Source of the DNA: Eledone cirrhosa
Taxonomy: Eukaryota
Length of the DNA: 64,000 nucleotides
Direction of reading: 5' to 3'
Assembly (NCBI GenBank): GCA_964016885.1
Contig: OZ024740.1
Location: 176,018,001 to 176,082,000, forward strand
The notes beneath the pieces are model-generated. The model ran no database searches and was not told the DNA's origin. It saw only the letters and a list, made by a program, of their open reading frames with translations. Both the position numbers and the translations under genes were made by a program. Below, in pieces: positions 39,740 through 54,066 of the stretch (positions are counted from its first letter, which is position 1; every line of letters starts with the position of its first letter).

Positions 39740-40600
39740 ATAGGAGTTTAGATTCTAATGGTTAACCTTTTTAAATTAGCATAACTTTAAGTTATACTAA
39801 CATATGATTTTAGGTTAGATTTTTGATGTCCTGTCTCCTGTTACGTTTACTGTTTAAAATTAAAGCAAGGGGTTAGTGTTATAATCAGGATTTAGCCTAC
39901 AAGGTTTAAGGTTCGGCGTTAGTGTATAGGCTTAGGGTTAAAAATTAAAACTGAGTCAGAGTTACTGTAAATATTTAGAATATAGGGCTTATATTTTAGA
40001 GATGATATTTAGTTTCAGAGTTTATGCTTAAAATTTAATGTTCAAACTTTGATTTAGGATTTCGTTTTGGTTTTAATGTTAGGTTTATGGTTAAGTGTTA
40101 AAGTTTATGGTTTAATGTTCAGATTCACAGTTAAATCTAGGATTTAGCATTAAATCAGAGTGTTAATATTACGGGCTTGTGTAAATATTAGGATCATAGT
40201 TAAAACTTAGTGTTAGAGTTTATGATAATGTCTAAGAGTTAGAGTGAGATATTGGGCTAAAATCAGGTGTAACATTTTGGTTTAGTGTTTAGAGTTAAGA
40301 GATAGAGTTAGTGTTTAGGATTAGTGTTTAGGTTTAGGTTTCGTAATCAGCGTCAGATATCTGAGTAACTTTTAAGTGTTGGAGCTAGGGTTAAGTTTTT
40401 ATATAAGAATTAAATTTAAAGTTTCGCGTTAGAGTTATAGTTTAGGTTATAAGGTTAAGTGATAGGATTAAATATGAGTGTTAGTGTTAACAGTTGGACA
40501 TTTAATTTCCTGTTTTGAATTTTGAGTTATGGTTTTCGGTCATATAAGTTATAATATGGAGTTATTTTCAGGTTTGGTTTAGATTATATAGAATCAAGTG
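39740..40600 (+). repeat. Highly degenerate TTAGGG-like low-complexity tract
   Basis: Recurrent ttaggg/ttagag/ttagtg/tttagg words over ~850 bp. Confidence 0.55.
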
Positions 40601-40641
40601 TTTTGCGTAAAATTCATTCGAACATTCTGGAACATTATTAC

Positions 40642-40822
40642 TGATTGGCAGTATCGGTAGAGGGTCGGACGCCATGCTTTCCAGCATAGTTACGCCCCTT
40701 TACGATCTGAGTTCAAATCCCGCCGAGGTTGACTTTGCCTTTCATCCTTACGGGGTCGATAAAATAAAGTACCAGTAATGCACTGGGTAATTGCTGGCCT
40801 TGTGCTCAAAGTAGAAACAATT
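40642..40822 (+). mobile_element. tRNA-derived SINE, nearly identical to 30701
   Basis: TSD attattactga. Confidence 0.92.
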
Positions 40823-42115
40823 ATTACTGAGGTACTAAAATGAACAATGTTGGTTCCAGCTGTTATTTACTGGATAAATCTGTTAAATGCCTCACCAAAG
40901 ACGTTCATACAGCTACATCTCTCCTTCACTCTTTATGTTCTCGCTGATACACACACACACTCTCTCCCTCACTCTCTCTCTCCCTCTCTCTCTCTTTCAC
41001 TCCCTTTTTAATCTTTTTTATTATTTTCACTTCCCTTCTGGTCATTTTCATTGTCATTAATCCACAGAAAAATGGTTGATGCGAGATTGGCAGAATCTGC
41101 TCTGATCCGCTATTTTCGGAGTTCAGATCCAGCCGGGATTAAATTTGCTTTTGTTCTTTCAAATAGATATTTATCTAAAATGATTCTTATTCTTCTCCCC
41201 CCTCCCTCCTCCTCCCACTTATTCCTGAGAGAGTCGTGGGTCAGAGTGAGTCCTATCAGAAGCAAACCTCTCTAACTAATCCGACTGGATCCCCAAGTGT
41301 GACCAGCCAAGCTCATGGATGTTATCTGACCATCTTACTCGGGGTCTACTCCTGGGTCTCTTGCCGGTTGGTTTTGCCCGTAAAATCTGTCCAGCGATTC
41401 TTTCCTGAGACATTCTAACCGCATAGTATCGGAGCTGTGATCTATCAATTCAGGGTCGATAAATAAAATATCAGACAAGTACTGGACTCGATTGAAGTTT
41501 GAAGTCATTCCACGCAAAAATAAACATACACACACCACATATATACACACATACTTCTATACACGTGCATATAAACACACTAACACATATGATTCAGTAC
41601 ACGTGCAAAACACACAATATACATACACATACCAGCATACTTATCTACATAACAAATGTAGGCATATAGGCACGCACACACGAACACAGACACACACACT
41701 CACATATACACTCAAACACATGCAATCACAGACATATGTGCACACACACAAACACACCTGTATATATACATGCATACAAACAAGCACACATACTTAGATA
41801 TATACACATTCCTTATCTCTGTCTCCATCTGAATCTCTCTTCCTTTCATGTATCCTCATACATACGCACACACGCGCGCATACTTGCTTACGGACACACA
41901 CACATATCTTCACTTTCTTTATATGCATCTTTCTCTTTTTATCTCCGCCTATTTCTTTCTCTCTCCTTACAAATGTAAACACATAATTATACACGTACAT
42001 ACACATACGTACCTAGTATTTTCCTTTATTTCTACATACATCTATTTGTATGTCTGTCTATCTGTTTCTTTCTCTTATAAATTCACTTTCTCCTCAATCT
42101 GTATGTTTCTTCGTT

Positions 42116-42302
<187 letters not shown>

Positions 42303-42341
42303 ATTTATATAAATGAGAGGTATAGAGATAGTTTTAGCGAG

Positions 42342-42436
<95 letters not shown>

Positions 42437-42469
42437 TATATATATATACATATATATATATTTATGTAT

Positions 42470-42675
42470 ATAACGAAGGAAATGTGGTAAGGAACCAGGT
42501 GGACCATAACGTACCAAAGTACTCAATACTTAGGGTAGTAGAGTGGGTAATAGGAACGAGTAGGACCCCGACGGCTGAGCTCAAGCCGTTTCGACGGCTA
42601 ATTCTGGACGGCTAATTGGTCCAGAATTAGCCGTCGAAACGGCTTGAGTTCAGCCGTCGGGGTCCTACTCGTTCC

Positions 42676-42678
<3 letters not shown>
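42470..42678. mobile_element. PLE-type fold-back containing a hammerhead 3' half; second copy at ~43973-44106
   Basis: Arms ~42549-42609 and ~42618-42678; GAAACGGCT..AGCCGTC stem III. Confidence 0.7.
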
Positions 42679-42707
<29 letters not shown>

Positions 42708-42728
42708 ATACACATATGTATGTCTGCT

Positions 42729-42803
<75 letters not shown>

Positions 42804-43303
42804 TTACGTTTTACTACGTTTTTAATATTATAATTATTTTCTTATATTTTCATTTGGCAAGTTGCCTGTATGAGTTACATACATATGTTATTGTTGTTGC
42901 TATTATTTTGTCCCAGGTCAGAGTAGTAAATTGATAAAATCATTAGATCATCGGTAAGAAAATGCGTTGCTGTTTTTAGTTACGTTACATTTCGTTTTGA
43001 GTTCAAATTCCGTGAAAGTCAATTTTTTTATTATCCTTTCGATAAAATAAAATACCAGTCAAGTACTGGTGTCGATATAATCGTCTGTCTCTCTCCTCCC
43101 AAATATCTGGTATTACGAAATTGTTATTTAATCCAAGGTCAGACATAATCGAATATACCAATGAACAAAAATCAATCGAGTAATTTTCCCGTCATTCGTT
43201 TTTTCAGCAATAGTGTTACCCTGAATGACGGTCTATAATAAGTTCTCTCATTAAGTGTTTGGCTCAGGAAACCTTTGGTTGTGTATATATATATATATAT
43301 ATA

Positions 43304-43929
43304 TAGAAAAATACTGCAGGTAGCACATGGATAACATGTAATAAAATAAGTCCCTCATCAGTGAGATATATGATTTTTAATGCAATGAAATATCTATGAT
43401 CTTCGGCAAATCACTGATGAGGGACTTATTTTATTACATGTTATCCATGTGCTACCTGCAGTATTTTTCTCTATATTTTAATACATATATTTACCACTGC
43501 GATTCTGTGTGTTTTTCTCTCTCTCTTACTGTTCCCCCATTCTCTCTGTTTCTCCCCCTCTGTCCTGTCCGTTAACTCTTCTTCACACTTTCACTCACTC
43601 ACTGTTTTTCTCTCTCTTCTCTTCATTTCATCCTGCACACCACGAACGCTATTTTTCTCTCTCTGCTCATAGCCCTCGTTCGTGTAGGATCTATTCTCTA
43701 AGCGCTCATATATTCACCTAGCTTATGCTAAACAGAATAATTTTTGAAGCTTGTTTCTGTCCCCTACGGTATGCTATACTTTCTGTTGTTCTCCTGTCTC
43801 ACTCGCTTTACGCGTTTTAATTGTCCTAATAACTTATTTTGGTTATTATTGCACCGACGTGAGATATATGATTTTTAATGCAATGAAATATCTATGATCT
43901 TCGGCAAATCACTGATGAGGGACTTATTT

Positions 43930-43935
<6 letters not shown>
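43304..43935 (+). mobile_element. Non-coding element with ~500-bp unit, ~77-bp direct repeats and 5' inverted arm
   Basis: gtgagatatatg...ttttatta at ~43361-43436 and ~43859-43934. ~43304-43364 is inverted at ~43411-43470. (TA)n flanks. Confidence 0.8.
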
Positions 43936-43977
<42 letters not shown>

Positions 43978-44104
43978 CGAAGGAAGGAATTGTGGTAAGG
44001 AACCAGATGGACCATAACGCACCAAAGTACTCAATATTTAGGGTAGTACAGTCGGTAATAGGAACAAGTATGACCCCGACGGCAGAGCTCAAGCCGTTTC
44101 GACG

Positions 44105-44180
44105 GCCTTTCATCCTTACGGGGTCGAGAAAATAAAGCACTGGGATAATTGCTGGCCTTGTGCCAAAAGTAGAAACAATT
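44105..44180 (+). mobile_element. 5'-truncated SINE
   Basis: gcctttcatcc...gtgccaaaagtagaaacaatt. Confidence 0.8.
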
Positions 44181-44506
44181 ATAATTGATTTTGTTATTGT
44201 CTCTGATCCCTTAGATGACGTGATGGATGTTCGTGTTAATGGAGGGGCTCAACTGATCACCATCTAGTTATCTGCAACTTGAGACTGCCTTAAGCCAAAG
44301 AAGCCCACAAAACTGGCAGGTCCAGATGACCAACAAGATAAAATGGCAAGTATTGGTGGATAAGGAAATCAGGACCAGATATGCAGATACTATTGCATCC
44401 AAATTTTATTTTTGTAGCCACGTATATAGAACGGTCAGACATTAACTGAATGCATACTCAACACATATGAGATATATTTAATTTTTTTTTCCGAAGGAAA
44501 ATGCGT

Positions 44507-44547
44507 CAGTGGCTTCTAAGTTTCGACGATGCGGCCTCTTCGGACTG
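44507..44547 (-). ncRNA. Degenerate hammerhead remnant
   Basis: cagt-CCGAAGA-ggc..gtc-GAAACTT-ag-AAGCC-actg; two core substitutions. Confidence 0.4.
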
Positions 44548-45068
44548 CGAGTTCGAATCACCGTTTGCTCTATTTATATGTTTAATTCTAGTGATTGGGT
44601 GTGGTATTGTCGCTAATTAGTGGACGGAGTTGATCGTTATATGATACTAATGGGGAGTAGGTAGGTTGTACTTCTTAAAAATATATTGTTTACCATATAC
44701 TCATAAATATTTGTGCGCGTTGAGTATCTGAAATCAATCGAACAATTATCCCGTCATTCATTTTTTCAGCAATAGTGTAACCCTGAATGACGGTCTATAA
44801 TAAGTTCTCTCATTAAGAGTTTGGATTTTTAATTCTAGAATGTTGTGAGAGGGGTACTATATACCTTGTTTACAAAGAAACCTAAGGTTGTAATGTTCTA
44901 TTTACCAGTATGTATGTATGTACGTATGTATGTATGTATGTATGTATGTATGTATGTATGTATGTATGTATGTATGTATGTATGTATGTATGTATGTCTG
45001 TCTGTCTGTCTGTATGTATGTATGTATGTATGTATGTATGTATGTATGTATGTATGTATGTATGTATG

Positions 45069-47640
45069 TTCTTCTGGTTTTATAATTTCACAAATGTTTA
45101 CCAATAGAGAGAGAGTCGGTTTCTAACATAGTCACAGGACTCTCTCATTGGAATTTACACAACATCAACTAGGTAGATATGTATGTATGCATGTTTGCAT
45201 GTGTAGATATGGATGTTATTGTATGTGTGGATGTGTATGTCTTGAGTTGTATGTGAGCATGTGTATATGCTTTGATTATATGGATGTATGTGCATGTGTA
45301 TATGCTTTGATTATATGTATGTATGTCTGTATGTATGCATGTGTGTGTGTATATATATGTATGTTCTTCTGGTTTTATAATTACACAAAGTTTTACTAAT
45401 AGAGAGAGAGTCGGTTTCTAACATAGACACAAGACTCTCTCATTGGAATTTACACAACATCAACTAGGTAGATATGTTTGTATGCATGTGTAGATATGGA
45501 TGTTATTGTATGTGTGGATGTGTATGGTTTGAGTTGTATGTGTGCATGTGTATATGCTTTGTATCTGTACATGTATATATGCAGTTATTAGATGCAAAAT
45601 GTTTAGAATGTTTTACATATTTTTACTGTTCCATTCATGGATTGTACTTGTAATTTCCTAACTAGTTGTGTTCTTTCTGTTCCTGTGAAGCCCAGCTTCT
45701 CAAGATTTGTATTGAGGCAGTTACTAACATACCCCAGTACCCCAATAATCACAGGCATAAATCTGTATGTATGTTTTCTCTTTCTCTTAATTTCGAGTAT
45801 ATTTTTTTGACCGGCCACCTTCCTGGTGGCAAGGTTGTAAAAGAAAAGAAATTGTCATCCCTTGAATCGCAAGAATGTTTTGCAAATTTTGAAGGTGCCA
45901 GCTATCGCAGCCATTTGTAGACTATGATTAGGGAGCTGCGCTTTTTGTTGGCAAATCCAAGTTCAGTCATACTTTGGTCCAAGCGGGTTGGTATATAACC
46001 CGTAGCACCAATAATGATGGGTATGAAACTAAAGGTGTATCTTGGATACTGGATTTGTAAACTCCTCATCAATGGTCCGTAGATGTCCTCCTTCTCCTGT
46101 ATTTTTCTGACAACGTTTACATCAAGTGGGCAGCTGATCTCCACAACAGAACACGTTTTCAATGTGTGGTCCCAAACTACAATATCAGGCAGGTTGTGCT
46201 TTAATTTGGTGGCAGTTTTTATTTTCAGGTTCCACCAGTATTCCTTAGTGCCATCTGTCTCAATATATTCTTCCCCGTTTGTTGTTAATTTTTTTTTCCG
46301 AAGTGCGTTCCAGATGGTTCTAGCTATCCCATCGTGTCTCATGGGAGGTAGTAGCGAGATGACATTCTTTCGCAGCTGGCAACAATGTGGCTTACATCCT
46401 CGATCTTTGTTTTACATAGCCTACATTTATTGTCAGCTGCTGGCCCTCCTCTTTTGTGCAGCAGATATTTGGTAGAGAGTTCTTGTTCCTGTATTGCATA
46501 GAGATATCCCCAAGGTGTGATGTCATAAACTTGTCGGAACTCCATGCCAGGCTTTTTAAGTGGTTTATCCCCTGTATGGTCTGTGTTTTACGCCTCAAGT
46601 ATCCATGCACAACTTTTTCTGTAAATTGGTCAATTTTTTAATCTTGTTTGAACATTGAATAGGATCTTCCGATTTCTCTGGGTGAGAGATTTATATCAGG
46701 CTTTATTCCATATCTCTCCTCCAGATCAGTCGCTATTCTAATGATATTTCTTTTTTCATGCTCATAAACCTGGGCAAGATGGTTGCAAACCTTTTTCCTC
46801 TGTTGAAGGTGTTGCTTCAGTGTTACTATCCGGGTCTCATATGTTGTTAATATTGATTTTAGACCCCGGCCACCTTCCTTGCGTGAGAAGTATAGCCTAT
46901 CCACATCACCATTGATGTTAAAGTTCCCAGTAACACTGAGAAGTTTTCGAGTTCTAACATCCATCTCACTTAGTTCTTGCAATGACCAGTTCAGCAGGCC
47001 AAATGTTGGCGTTAGAATTGGCACAGCATAAGTATTGTGGGCAATATATTTGTTGTATGCTGACAGTTCTGATGACCATATTTTCTTTACTCTTCTGAGG
47101 TATTCAGTTCTGGTTCTCTCCTTATTTATGGGTCCATCATATCTGACATTCTCATCCTGTCCAAGATATCTGTAGTTGTCACCTGACTGCAGAGGTTGTA
47201 TTGTGAGGCCGTTCATCTCTAGATTTCTAGAGGAGGGCACAGCTCTTCCACGTTTTACTGCCAAATATGTACACTTGGACTCACCAAATTTCATTTTGAT
47301 GTCGGTTGAAAATTGTGTAATGAGGTCCAATTGTTTCTTGATGTCATTGATATTTGGCCCATACAACTTCAGGTCATCAACAAAGAAAAGATGGGAGATA
47401 CTTCTGGGCCCACTTCTTTGTCCACCTTGTTTCCTGAGTAGGTAAGATAGTGGATTCAGTGAGAGAACGAAGAGTAGCACTGACAAGCTATCACCCTGAA
47501 AGATGCCCTTCTGGTAATGTATCTTATCAGTTTTAACCTGCTCCTTCTCACCTCTAAGGATCAAATTGGTGTACCAGTTCTTGGTCAGGCGTTCAACAGC
47601 AGCTACCAATGGTTGTGAGACTTTAGCTAACTGTAAAGCC
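45069..47640 (-). mobile_element. R4/Dong-like RLE-type LINE(s), 5'-truncated, within (CATA)n
   Basis: RT GIFQGDSLS, HLFFVDDLK, YRYLG; CRLC..EDVSHIVASC; RHD; PDIVV..EISCP (PD-D/ExK). Second C-terminus at 45603-45780; duplicated 3'UTR. Confidence 0.9.
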
Positions 47641-47649
47641 TTATGTATG

Positions 47650-47683
<34 letters not shown>

Positions 47684-47939
47684 TGTATGTATGTATGTAT
47701 GTATGTATGTATGTATGTATGTATGTATGTATACATGCATGTATGTATGTATGTCTTTGATAGTAGACCTTATCTCATCAATGGTTGGATCATTTATCAT
47801 CTCTCTTACAGTCCACCTTTACGGCAGTCCATTAATAATTTCCTCATTAACTACAGATGAGTTATCAAACATATCTTTAATTTGTTCCGTCCGCCGACTC
47901 ATGATTCCTGGATCTTTGATGACGTTGCCATCATTTGGC

Positions 47940-49270
47940 TTCAATGGGAAAGCTCCAGGTTCGGATGGAATACTTGTTAAGCTGATTCACTTTGGAGAAG
48001 ACAATGTTGCTATGGCCATTCATAGGCTAGTCTTATATATATAGCATAATGAGCCTGTCCTGCATGATTGGGTAGATGCAATTTTGCTCTTGATTTACAA
48101 GGACAAGGGCTCCAAGCCTGAATGCGGTGATTATCGTGGTATAAGTCTGCTTGAATCAATCAGTAGTGAAAGTCTCATCTAAGGTCTTTCTGAATCGACT
48201 AATAAAAAGGATCTGCCTTGGTTTCATCCATTAGACTCAGTGTGGATTCAAAACTAGGCGGAGTACTATGGACATGGTTTTCTCAGCTCGTCAGCTTATG
48301 GAAAATTGTGACGAGCAGCAAGTGTAGAGGACATGCAGTTGATATTGGACACCTTCTCCAATTCATGCAATGTGTTTGGGTTAAATATTAGTATAAAAAA
48401 GACAAAGATCATGTACACTCCCCCATTTTGGAGGTGTAAGTGGAGACAGACATTTTCGTGAGAGGAAAAATACTTGAGGGGGTGGAAAGCTTTGTGTATC
48501 TAGGAAGCACAATTAGTAGAGATGTTACCCTCGATGCTGAAATAGATCACAGGATTGCAAAAGCGAATCTTGCTTTCAGGAAGCTTGAGAAGCAAGACTG
48601 GTCAGATTGGGGTATCACAAAAAACACAAAGCTGTCTGTGTTTGAGTCCTGTGTTCTTACAGCCCTGCTATTTGGATGGGAAACGCGGATAACTTACAAA
48701 CATTACACCATGTAGCTGGAAAGGTTTTATCAGCATTGTATCCGGAGCGTCCTGAAGATCAAGTGGTCTTCTTAGACACCTGATGCTGCTCTACTTGAGA
48801 AAGTAGGCAGCACCAGTATTGAGAAAAGGATTATTACGAACCAGATGTATTGGGTTAGGCGTGAGATTAGGATGGAAGATTGTAGGCTGCCTAAACAGTT
48901 ATTTTATAGGGAATTGACCAGAAGAAAAAGTCCATAGCATAAACCAAAGAAGTGATTTAGGGATGTCATAAAAGACAATCTTAAAGCTCTGAAGATTGAT
49001 ATAGAGAACTGGAAGAGACTGTCTGAAGGCCGTACATCATGGAGAATGATCATCAAGTATGGATGTGATGTCTTTGAGAAAAAGCGAGTGGAGCATGATG
49101 TTTTGAAGCGGTCAATCCGTAAGCGGGACCCAAGTGTAGTGCCTGCAAAAATTCATCAGGAATTGAGGTGAAATGTATGTGGCCAAGCTGGATTTGTAAA
49201 CCATTTGAAATAACACGAGCCTTGGAGAAATCGAGCCACTTGTGAGATGGCTCTACCGCCACGTACTCCA
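47940..49270 (+). mobile_element. Decayed RTE/BovB-type LINE fragment
   Basis: GKAPGSDGI, YRGISLL, QCGF..STMDMVF, FVYLGSTIS, RLPKQLFY with stops and a deletion. Confidence 0.85.
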
Positions 49271-49426
49271 CGGGACATTTGTAGTGATTGTGGCTTAATT
49301 TGAAAGTTAGGTAAGTGGTGGACTGACTAAATATGGTAGACGATTCGAACTCGTTATCTGAAAAGGCACCATCACCGAAACGTCGCAGTCACTGCCATAT
49401 CCTCTATCTATCTCTCTCTTTATCTT

Positions 49427-49542
<116 letters not shown>

Positions 49543-50057
49543 TGTGTGTACGTGTGTGTACGTGTGTGTTGTGCGCGCACTCATTATTACACACACATTT
49601 ACGTTCACATAGACATGATATATTGCATGTTTTCCATTCTATCGATAAAGTATTTTTAACCTCCTTCCGACCACATACACCTGAACGTAGTCACTCACAC
49701 ACATACAGTCATGAATGCAGGCAGACAGACGGACAGACAGACAGACAGTCAGACAGACAGACATACAGAGACAGCTCCACAACTGTCTTAATAAACATTA
49801 TTTCCTTTTCAACTGCTACCTCTTACTACCACTCCTCTCTCTACTATAACCTTCTCCTCCTCGCCATCATATTACTCTTCTGTTACATATCAACCACATT
49901 TCCTACGTGGTCTCTTTTCCGTCCTCTTCCCCAGCCGCCTCTTCACTACATCTGTCGCACCTCCTTCAAATCAGAACCCTGCCATTTCTCATCTTTACCT
50001 TTTTTTCTTCACTTATTTTGCTGCTCCTGCTGCTGCTGCCATTGCTGCTGCTGCTGG

Positions 50058-50092
<35 letters not shown>

Positions 50093-50572
50093 CACCACTA
50101 CCAACAACAAAAACATGAACCCCACCACCACCACCGTCAGAGCAACCGCCACCACAACTACCGTCGCCACCACCCACCAGCACCACCACCACCACCATCA
50201 CCAGCACCAGCACCACCATCACCACCATCATCATCATCGCCACTACCACACCATCACCATCTCTAATACCTTGATTATCACTAACATGACTTGCTTTCCT
50301 ACCTGTTGCCCTTCCTCCTACTTGTTTTACTTGTCTTAATCCCTCATTCTCTACCTACTCCTCATCCACCTCCTTCTCCTCCCCTTCCTTCACCCCATTC
50401 CTTTCTCTCTCTCTCCGTCCCTCCAGGTTCCACTACACTGTCTACTTATTCCTTTCTGTTCTACGGGTCTCTTGTTTGTCGTGACGACAAGAGCCTGCCT
50501 GCCTAGCTTTTATTTCACTTCCGACACTCCATAGAAATGTGAAAACAAGGTAAAGAAGAGAAAGCGATATGC

Positions 50573-50620
<48 letters not shown>

Positions 50621-51339
50621 GTGTGTGGGTGCGTGTATGTATGTGTATATATATGTTTATAATTATGCGAGAATTGCATTCACACGCGCGTGTGCGTGTG
50701 AGTGTGTGCATGTGTGAGTGTGTGTGTATATGTGTGTGTCTGTGTATGTGTATGTGTGTGAGTATGTGTATGTATGTGTGTGTATCTGCATGTGTGTTTG
50801 TGTTTGTGTGTTTGTGTGTGTGTCTGTATGTGTTTGTGTGTGTGTGTGTGTTTCTATGTGTGTGTGTGTAAGTGTATATGTGTATGTGTGTGTGTGCGTG
50901 TGTAAGTGTATGTGCGTGTGTGTATGTGTGAGAGAGTGAAATAAATAAAGAGAATGAGCGTTAACAATAATGTTAGACAGCCAAAACCTGAAAACCAGCA
51001 GCTTGCTTAGTAGTAGTAGTAGTTGTAGTAGTAGTAGTAGTAGTAGCAGCAGCAGTAGCAGCAGTAGTAGTAGTAGCAGTAGTAGTAGTAGCAGTAGCAG
51101 CAGCAGTGGTAGTGGTGGTGGAGGCGATGGTCGCCGTCGTCGTCGTCATTTTATTTATAGCAGTGATGGCAAAATGACCGAATCGAGGAGCTTATTACGT
51201 CACTAAATTTTTCTCTATTGCGCAAGAGAAAAAGCCCAACGACTGTGACGACAACACTACTACCTCCGCCACCACCACCGCTACCATGAACGACAGGAAC
51301 CACAATAACATCGTCACAGTCGTCGTCGTGGTCGTTGTC

Positions 51340-51391
<52 letters not shown>

Positions 51392-51419
51392 CAGAGCAGC
51401 AGCAGCAGCTGCAACGGTA

Positions 51420-51477
<58 letters not shown>

Positions 51478-51496
51478 AGCAGCAGCTGCAACGGTA

Positions 51497-51527
<31 letters not shown>

Positions 51528-51607
51528 CATGAGCAGCAACAGAAGCAACAGTAGTAGTAGTAGTAGTAGTAGCAGTAGTAATAGCAGCATCAGCACTAGT
51601 TGTAATT

Positions 51608-51647
<40 letters not shown>

Positions 51648-52005
51648 CAGCAGCAGTATCAGTGACAGTGTTGAGTGTGTAATGACCCTTCGAGGAACTT
51701 ATGTCAGTAAATGTTTCTCTATTGCGGAAGAGAGAGAAAAAACAACAAAAAAAAACAACAACAGCAACAATTACAAAAGAATGTTGCGGAACACCAAGTC
51801 GATAGAGGTTCGGACAATAAGCTGAAGAGAAGTTGCATCATTTGCATCATTTGCATCGTGTCAATGGTGCTGTACATGAAGGGTCCAACACCACCCTTTA
51901 AGTAGATTAACAAAGTCTTCAGTTAAAATTCTATTCATATTTAGGGTCCTTTAAGGGAATTTTGAATCGACCATAGTTGTTGACTGGTATTATATTTTAT
52001 AATCT

Positions 52006-52153
52006 ATGCTTTCCAGCATAGTTACGTCCCTTTACGATCTGAGTTCAAATCTCGCCGAGGTTGACTTTGCCTTTCATACTTACGGGGTCGATAAAATAAA
52101 GTACCAGTAATGCACTGGGTAATTGCTGGCCTTGTGCCAAACGTAGAAACAAT
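52006..52153 (+). mobile_element. 5'-truncated SINE
   Basis: TSD attatattttataatc. Confidence 0.9.
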
Positions 52154-52179
52154 TATATTTTATAATCCATAGATATATA

Positions 52180-52630
52180 AAGCCGCCTTAAATCCAGGAA
52201 AAGTTTCCTAAAGAGCTTCGCACCCCTTAGAAAATCAAGCATAAGTAGTGAAAGAGTCACTCGCTGGGAAGAAAAACTTAACAACCTCCCATCTGTAACA
52301 ACGATGGAGCTAAAGGCAAGCGTGGCACTACCCCCTGGGGCAGATACGAACTATGCAGTGTGGAAAAGCCTCAACAGACTAAGATCTGGTGTTGGACGTG
52401 CAAAACTCAATCTTGCAAAATGGGGATATTTAAAGGATGGGACGTTGTGTGTGACTGCGGCATCGAACCACAGACTACGCAACACCTCCTGATATGCTCC
52501 CTGCAGGAACACCCCTGTGTAGCATTGGACATGACAGAGTTTAATGAGAAAGGACAGCAATGTGTTCAGCCGTGGCGAAACACATCTAGCCACGCTTTGT
52601 AACTGACCCTCTTGTAGACACGACAAAAAG
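52180..52630 (+). mobile_element. Non-LTR retrotransposon 3' fragment, clade uncertain
   Basis: WKSLNRLRSGVGR..KWGY / CDCG..QTTQHLLIC; short A tail at ~52625. Confidence 0.75.
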
Positions 52631-52849
52631 ATCCCTAGATAGATCGGAAAGTAAAGCTAGCCACGGCGGGATTTGAACTCAGATCATAAAAGACCGTGAC
52701 TAAATGCGGCATATATATATTGTTCGACATCCTCCTCAAAGGTAGCCGAGGTTATGCCAACTAGAATTACACATAATTCATAAAATGGGTTGAATGGAGC
52801 AGTTGAGCTAGGTCATCAATTGTTGAGATAGTGTTGATGATCTGAACGT

Positions 52850-52957
<108 letters not shown>

Positions 52958-52962
52958 TGTGA

Positions 52963-53035
<73 letters not shown>

Positions 53036-53319
53036 AGCGTTGGAGCACGGTCGGTTACGACAATGTGTGTTGTTTGACCGACGAAACAGCAACATTTCGA
53101 GTATTAGGTGCCCGTGTGGTGGTAAGCAAAAACAAACATTCTATCGAACCAAGTCACCATTCTCTAGCGGAACAACCCGGATGTGTTAGCGAGGAGAGAG
53201 GGCTACATCAAAATGGTCTGCTATATTTTCTATTGATCTCGAAAGATGAAAGGAAAAGTAAGCCCCAATGATATTTACAACGTTGTCTATCCGACGTTCG
53301 AACGACTCTGCCAATGATT

Positions 53320-54066
53320 GCCCGAATGTTTTTATCGGAGTGGCAGCTCAGAGACGACTGGCCATATACTGGGAGGAACCAGGAAAGCTTGGCCTTCAGG
53401 TAAGCTGGGCGAAGACAAAGCTGATGCATGTCGGCAATGGCCGGGATCCTCTCCGCTTCATATTGGCCTCGACGCTGTGCAGTTTATCAGTTCCTTCATT
53501 TACTTGGTCTCTCAATTTATGATTGTCACCAGCAATGGAGACCTGAACCCGGAGATCAACCGCAGATGTGGCCTAGCTGCCGGGATCATGCACTCCCTAT
53601 GGAAGCCCCTTTGTTGCCATTACTCAATCTCCCGAAGACGTAGCTCTGTATTTACAACGCATCAGTCCTCTCCGTTCTCTTCTATGGAGCAGAAACATGG
53701 CCCCTCACAAAGAGCCTGGCAAAGAGATCGACAGCTTCGATAGCAAAGCCTTGAGGATAATTAAAAACATCAGATCAGACCAATACATTTACAACAAAGT
53801 GTGGCGTGTGCGCATGCATCAGCCCACAGCTTCCCATCGCATGCGCTGGTACGGACATGTCTTCCGCTTTCCACCAGATCCTCCTACCAGGGCCTTACTG
53901 TGGTTCGACGCAGCGGCTACAAGCTGGATGGGACCCGCGGCAGGCCCCGCACCAGATGGAAGATCTCCGGAGGCTCGACATCGCCTTGCAGGATGCATAG
54001 GAGTTGGCACAGGACCGCCAGCGATGGAGGGCGCTTGTGGATCTGCTCGGCTCTACGATGACGATG
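53320..54066 (+). mobile_element. Decayed RTE-type LINE 3' fragment
   Basis: LGLQVSWAKTK, LLYGAETW, RMRWYGHV, RGRPRTRW, AQDRQRWR; gatgacgatg tail. Confidence 0.85.
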
